NCBI GenBank assembly: GCA_951406725.2
Contig: OX597815.1
Span: 86,304,001 to 86,368,000 of the forward strand
DNA length: 64,000 bases
Direction of reading: 5' to 3'
Source: Octopus vulgaris
Taxonomy: Eukaryota
Part shown: positions 57,848 through 64,000 of the stretch, in pieces
Layout: the number at the start of each line of letters is the position of its first letter
How positions within the stretch are numbered: the first letter of the stretch is position 1
Position numbers and translations under genes: made by a program
Notes under the pieces: model-generated
Seen by the model: only the letters and a program-made list of their open reading frames with translations
What the model was told of the DNA's origin: nothing
Databases searched by the model: none

Positions 57848-58828
57848 ATGTAAGTATGTATACGTCTGTGTACATATATTTGTATGTACTTGAGTGCATG
57901 TTTCGAGCGTTAATTGTTTGTGTGAGTGTGCAAGTATGTGTATATGTACGTTTATGAAATGTCCATGTACTTACAAATTCTAATCAAGAAAGGGTAAATT
58001 GAAATTAATGGGAGCATCGAGAAATGACGTGAGGAGAATTGTTAATGATAAACAAAATGTATTATAAAGAGCGTATAAACATATATTTCCTGCGTTTGGC
58101 TACCTGTTGAGCTAGTTCAATTTAAAGCCGTTGAGTTCAAAATGAATCTAAAAATAACATCGTCAAATACGGCGAGTTATTAGCCTAATGCAAATGTTTA
58201 GCACGTATTGAGAGACTTATATATGAGAACATAAGCACAAAAATTAACCTATGTATAATTCATTTCTACGTAGGTAGATATATTTGACTTAGTGGTACTT
58301 ACATGCAAATATATGAGCATACATTGAACAATACGTATTTTGATGAATAGAAATTTAGATTTCTATTTTAGTATTACGTAATTGACTACCTCTGCCCGAA
58401 ATTTGAGAAGCTTGGCATAGCAAAACCAGAAAGGACATGGCTAATTAGGAAATTACAGATAAAATCCATTAAACCTACTGTGCAAAATGTGCAAAATATT
58501 TCAGAAGTTTGATATGAATTAAGTGCATATCCACGAGGTTCGGCATGCAACCATGATCAATGCAAACAAATTCACTTATACAGTGCCATCCATGTTTACC
58601 GGTATGGGTGTGTATACATATATACAAATATTGCAAACGTCTTCATCTAAGGGCTCATCATCGGAGGGATTTTGCTGTGTGTGATGAGGCGTGGTGTTTG
58701 TGTTGACGGGACAGCTATCATCTTTCAAGATGAAGCAATCCTCATATTGTAAACGTATATGCATACATGCACACATATACATCACTACATGCGTAAATGT
58801 ATGGATACATACATGTTACATAAATGCA

Positions 58829-58871
<43 letters not shown>

Positions 58872-59333
58872 AATGCAAGACAAACAATTGATGGTATCTC
58901 AATTCCAGTGAAATAGCTTTGGTTCTGGAATAGAAAAAAGCTCTTTCTCCATTATAGAAAAAATCGATAAAATAAGGCCAAATATACGAGCTATTGATGT
59001 GTCAAAGAATGCACAAATAATACGCCAGATCCAAAAATAAGAGCGCCCTACCAGTACCGAATGGATGACATTGTAAGGAAGTTATGGACTTGACCAGTAC
59101 CAGTCGAAATTGAAAAACTTACAAGGTCTAAAAAAAATCTGCCGAAAGTTACTCAACTGCTTTTGCCAGACCTTAAATGTGACCTGGAGGAGAAGGAAGA
59201 ACGCCCAGGCATGAACATGTGCTGAAGGGCTATTTCTACTTAAAGGCGAAAGATGTCTGCGAATATCGGTCAGTTTCGAGATATTTTCTTCATCAGTATA
59301 ACAAGCAATATTGTCTTCAAGCACACAAATACA

Positions 59334-59384
<51 letters not shown>

Positions 59385-59385
<1 letters not shown>

Positions 59386-59985
59386 TCGAGTGCCAGGCTT
59401 GCCAGGCTTGCCATATTTTGTGAAGCTGAATCTCACTGACAACGTCGTTAATGTTATTCATGTCTGAGGAGTACTCAGCCATTTGTGAGTAAATTTTACC
59501 CTCGTGTAGTAATGAAACGTGACAACTAATATTTGCTGTGTGTCTGTATCTAAGTATGAACTTTTCTATGGATTTATGTATCTACTGTCTCTCTCACTTT
59601 CTCTCTTTCTCTTTTATTTCCTTTGTGTCGCTCTTCTCGTTTTCGATTTAACAATGTGTATATGTATCTATGTATCAACTTTTCTTGCGATGTGATAAAC
59701 ATTTAAAAACACAAAACGAACGCCGTCATCTCACAATGTGTATTTCACTCTCTCTCTCTCTCTCTTTCTCTTTCACACTTTCTCCCCCCTCTCTCTCTCT
59801 CTTTCTTTCTTTCTCTCTTACGTCCTCTCTGAAACATTTAAAAACACAAAACGAACGCTGTCACCACTCACTTTCTCTTTCACTATCTCTCTCTTTCTCT
59901 CTTACTTCCTCTCTGTCATCCTCTGTCTCGCTTTGCCACCTCTTTGAAGTAAGTGTGACTCACACAACAGGTACGTACAAAAACA
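59385..59985 (-). repeat. Unclassified interspersed repeat family D, inverted copy
   Basis: Reverse complement of 15795-16468. Confidence 0.75.
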
Positions 59986-60991
59986 AAAAAGTTAACGTAT
60001 TAATATTATTGAAGAGTTTATTCAACATATTCCTCTCTCAGATTCACGCACCTATTGCAGCAGTTCTTCAGTGTTTCAAAGTCCTGTGAAAACTTTGGTA
60101 GGTTGGGCCGCCAAGCAGGCTAAAGTCAGGAACTTTTCAGCACACCTCGTATATATAGTGCGATATAAAATTTAAACTACTCGACAAATAATTAAATTTT
60201 AGAGCACCTTGTGTATTCCTATATTCATAAAGGAATGCTATGCAAGTGACTCTTATCGTTATCCGCGTATCATTTAGTAACACCTGCAGTTAAATAAGTC
60301 ACAACATACATAGAGAGATAACTATAGCTAAATATACTCTAAACAACCTTTTATTATATAATTGTGTGTGTTTTAATGTTTGCAAACACACCGACATCCA
60401 CACGGAAACATACTGTCTTGTATACAGAAATTGCATTATCTCCATGCAGCTAGCTTTATTTTATCGCCACATCTCTCTGGACACGACCAGACAGGAAAAT
60501 TTACAGAAAGCTATTTCACGTAAATAATGCTGCGGGCGTTAAATAATGTGTTTAACATGTTAGACACTGAACTAAAAGATATTTAAAGCAACAAGATTTC
60601 AAAAATCAGAGAAACATATATATTTTGAAAGACATGAGTTGAACAATAAAAATGTGGCTGATTACATCTTTAATGAAATGTTTCTCTAATGATCGATACA
60701 CGTCATTGTATATTGTCACACTATATAAACATTTGTGGCGGAGCCATCATAATAACAATACAATTTCATATTAGAAAAAGACAGAAAATTTGCAAGTGGG
60801 TGTGAAGCCAATTGTATCCCGTTTCAATGCTGGAAGAATTTATCAGCAAGGCGAGATGATTGAAAGACAGTCAGATGAGGCTGTAGTTAAACTCACAAGT
60901 TAAAAGAACGAAATCAAAATACCAAAGAAGCAAAACAAAAACAACAACATTTAGTCTGCCTCTCTAATTTTCCTGCCACCTTTCAGTAATG

Positions 60992-61091
<100 letters not shown>

Positions 61092-61095
61092 AATA

Positions 61096-61145
<50 letters not shown>

Positions 61146-61184
61146 AATAATAACAATAATAATAATAATAATAATAATAATAAT

Positions 61185-61935
61185 TCGTGATCAGAGATGC
61201 ACATATCGTCAGCCACTAAGGGACATGCTCAACTGGTTAAGGTCAAACAACTGACAAGCAAATCTGTGGTATTGAGCAGAATATTTGCTGTAGCCCATCT
61301 TTATACCAAGACAAAACAATGTACATGATAACACTTCCAATCAGTTAAGATCAGAAGCCATGAGAGCCACTGCCTGGTACTGCATCAGGGCAGTACCAGG
61401 CAGTGGCTCTCATGGCTTCTGATCTTAACTGATTGGAAGTGTTATCATGTACATTGTTTTGTCTTGGTATAAAAGATGGGCTACAGCAAATATTCTGCTC
61501 AATACCACAGATTTGCTTGTCAGTTGTTTGACCTTAACCAGTTGAGCATGTCCCTTAGTGGCTGACGATATATGCATCTCTGATCACGAGCAGAAGTAGT
61601 GGGGGAGCATCATAGCCATGTGTTGAGAGGGATTCTTTGGGGTTTGAATAGTTCACCTCTGGAAACATGGGTGGTTCTTTCAACATCCTTAAACAACCCT
61701 TATTCAGGGACCGTTTGAGCGGGATGGGTTACTCAACCTGAAGAAAATTCTAACTGGACCCCACCTGCAACGTCATGTGCTGTTTATCTTGATATGAGAT
61801 CACCATGTCGCGCACATATGGTTGTGATGCATGTGCCTGGTGTACCTTTATCAGACGGGTAGTCATGATGGGTATATTGGGCTTCGTATATTTTACCCCA
61901 GTGTCACTTTGATGGCATGAACTGCTCTCTCACTC
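61185..61935. mobile_element. Head-to-head pair of the ~550 bp (AAT)n-associated element (partial 61185-61389 on -, near full 61390-61935 on +)
   Basis: ~200 bp arms with about two differences around loop ATCAGG (61384-61389); (AAT)n on both flanks. Confidence 0.92.
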
Positions 61936-63559
61936 AATAATAATAATAATAATAATAATGAAATTATTGTATACATTACTCAGGTGTTATGAAACTAGAT
62001 ATCTATCAGAGAACGATTTAAATCAATTAATTGTTGCAATACTGGGAAACAAAATTTTTGTTCTGTTGTGTTTGAATATAGCAAGTTGGAAAATAAAAAT
62101 AAAAACTGAAGTATAAAGGCGTATGACGTGTCTGTCTTTTTCGGAACTTCTGTAATTTATGCAAATTATTATGTAATCAAGTCAAGATATCTTCCTGTTA
62201 ATGAGTGACAAACAGGAGGAAATGATTGTAAATAGGAATATTCTTAATTGTTATCACAGAGTTTCTGTAATCAAAACAGGCCGCAATCAAATGCATGTTA
62301 AACTGATACACACTGTGATTACAAACTAATTTTTTTTTATGAAACACTCGTTAATTATACACCTTTGTGACTATATACAGCCCCCAGATATACATATATA
62401 TAAGTGTGACCAGAGGATTATTCTGCTGCTCGGTCACTCAGCCTGGTAGAAATAGCAGCTAAATATCATAAAACTTAAGCCTATCGTGTTAGGTTTTGTT
62501 AGATTTGGATACAGAAAATATTTTCAAAAGTACCCTACACCTATAAGAAAGTAGGATAATCATAGCTGAAACCCTTTGAACATTGGTATATTTGGTCGGG
62601 ACTGACATGTAAGCAAACAATATCCACATATATAGGATATCATTTAAAGCAACTAAAGTGAGTGATTAAGATTTAAGGCTTTTACGTTTACTTGACAGGC
62701 GCTAATGACAAACTTTTCGAACAGTTGGATCAATAGTCTGATTCACTTAGCTAATAACCTATGATGTCACAGCAAAAGGTTGTCGTGAAGATATCAAAGA
62801 CTTTAATCATCACTTATTCTGAGGAGACGGGACAAAAGTTGTAGCATTTCTATAACCTTTACAGGAACATCCTTAATGGTCGAGAGGAATTACTTGCTGT
62901 GGTTAAAGGTTAATGACTGCTGTATAAACTATAAATCTCTTAACATCTTTTGACACGGCAAAATACTTTAATGACAAGCTCGTCTCTGATTTACTGACGG
63001 ACATAGATCAAAATAAAAATGTTTATATAATGATTTAATGATGTGACACTAATTTGGTTTATGATATAAATACATATCGATCTTTGATATATGATAGTGC
63101 CAACTGGTAAAGTAATTACCAAGATATAGTTTCGCATTTTTAATATCGGAGTATCGTTAGAATAATTTAATGCTGGATATTGCACCGATTACAATATGAA
63201 CAGTGATATAATTTATACCTATTACAGAAATGCATTTTACTAGACACATTTAACATTGTTTACACACACATGCGTGCATGTGTGCGTGTGCGTGCGCGTG
63301 TTATATTCGAATTTCAAATCGGAAAAGTTATGCTGCTAATACTCCAAATATTGACTCAGTGTGGCGGGTGATTGATAACTGACTCACAAAGAAATATTTT
63401 ACCGTCCTGTAATATTCCCACAATAATTTATTGCTAAGTACCGACAGTGCATTTATTAGATATACTATTTAATTAATTTTATTCTGATATCCTTGATTTT
63501 TATCGCAGTTCATCATTGATCTTAAGAAGCGAGAATGTTGATATGTAGATATAAATACC

Positions 63560-63651
63560 GAGAAACCGGTGCTAACCTACATTGATTTTATCGCAGCCAT
63601 CTTCTCGCAGATCCTCGCGCCAAACACACACATAGTCGAAACATGGTAAGT
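63560..63651 (+). promoter_or_regulatory. Candidate promoter/first exon ending in the start codon (ATG|GTAAGT)
   Basis: GCCATCTT (YY1-like) at 63596-63603, local CpG enrichment, GAAACATG at 63638-63645 directly followed by the consensus donor GTAAGT. Confidence 0.35.
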
Positions 63652-64000
63652 CAAATAAATCGACCACCTACAAAGTGAGAACTAATATATGTCAGAGAAG
63701 TGTGTGAAATAAGACAAAGTATTTATCAGTCCCTATCCACCTCAAACACATACTTTACAATTTCACACTAATATCTAGACGCTCAAATTTAAGCACGCGC
63801 AACCGTACACAATTTTGCATTGACATGCACATACACATACATGCTGGCCTACATATGAACGTACACCCGTATACACGTATTTACGACCATTCATATATGA
63901 ATACTTATGCACCATGATAAATCAGAAAATCAATATTTAATTGTTTTCTTTAACACAAAATAAGATCCGGTCGTTTGTGTCGCTGCAGTTTAAGCAGCAG

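Overview
AT-rich, intron/intergenic eukaryotic DNA full of (AT)n, (AAT)n, (ATGT)n, (GATA)n and (AC)n microsatellites. The repeat landscape and SINE families look like an octopus (cephalopod) genome; this is inferred from recalled repeat sequences, not from a search. Almost all ORFs in the track are microsatellite artefacts. One credible host coding exon lies on the minus strand (26500-25067, 477 aa, Asn/His-rich, good start context, GT donor just downstream). A possible promoter/first exon ending in ATG|GTAAGT lies near 63.6 kb (+). Mobile elements dominate: (1) a decayed ~6 kb DNA transposon with a DDE transposase plus an XPG/FEN-like nuclease (AcademX-type) between ~610 bp inverted repeats, with a SINE inserted in the right repeat; (2) at least four distinct R4/Dong-type (restriction-like endonuclease) retrotransposon 3' ends piled into (AAT)n arrays at 3.3-5.6 kb; (3) a young ~550 bp non-coding element found in or beside (AAT)n tracts, including a near-perfect ~200 bp foldback at 61.2-61.6 kb; (4) a Penelope-like GIY-YIG remnant between inverted repeats, plus several small inverted-repeat elements with hammerhead-ribozyme-like cores (best at 54796-54843); (5) CR1/L2 LINE fragments, an RTE-like non-autonomous element and two abundant tRNA-derived SINE families. 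No tRNA/rRNA gene or CRISPR array is supported.
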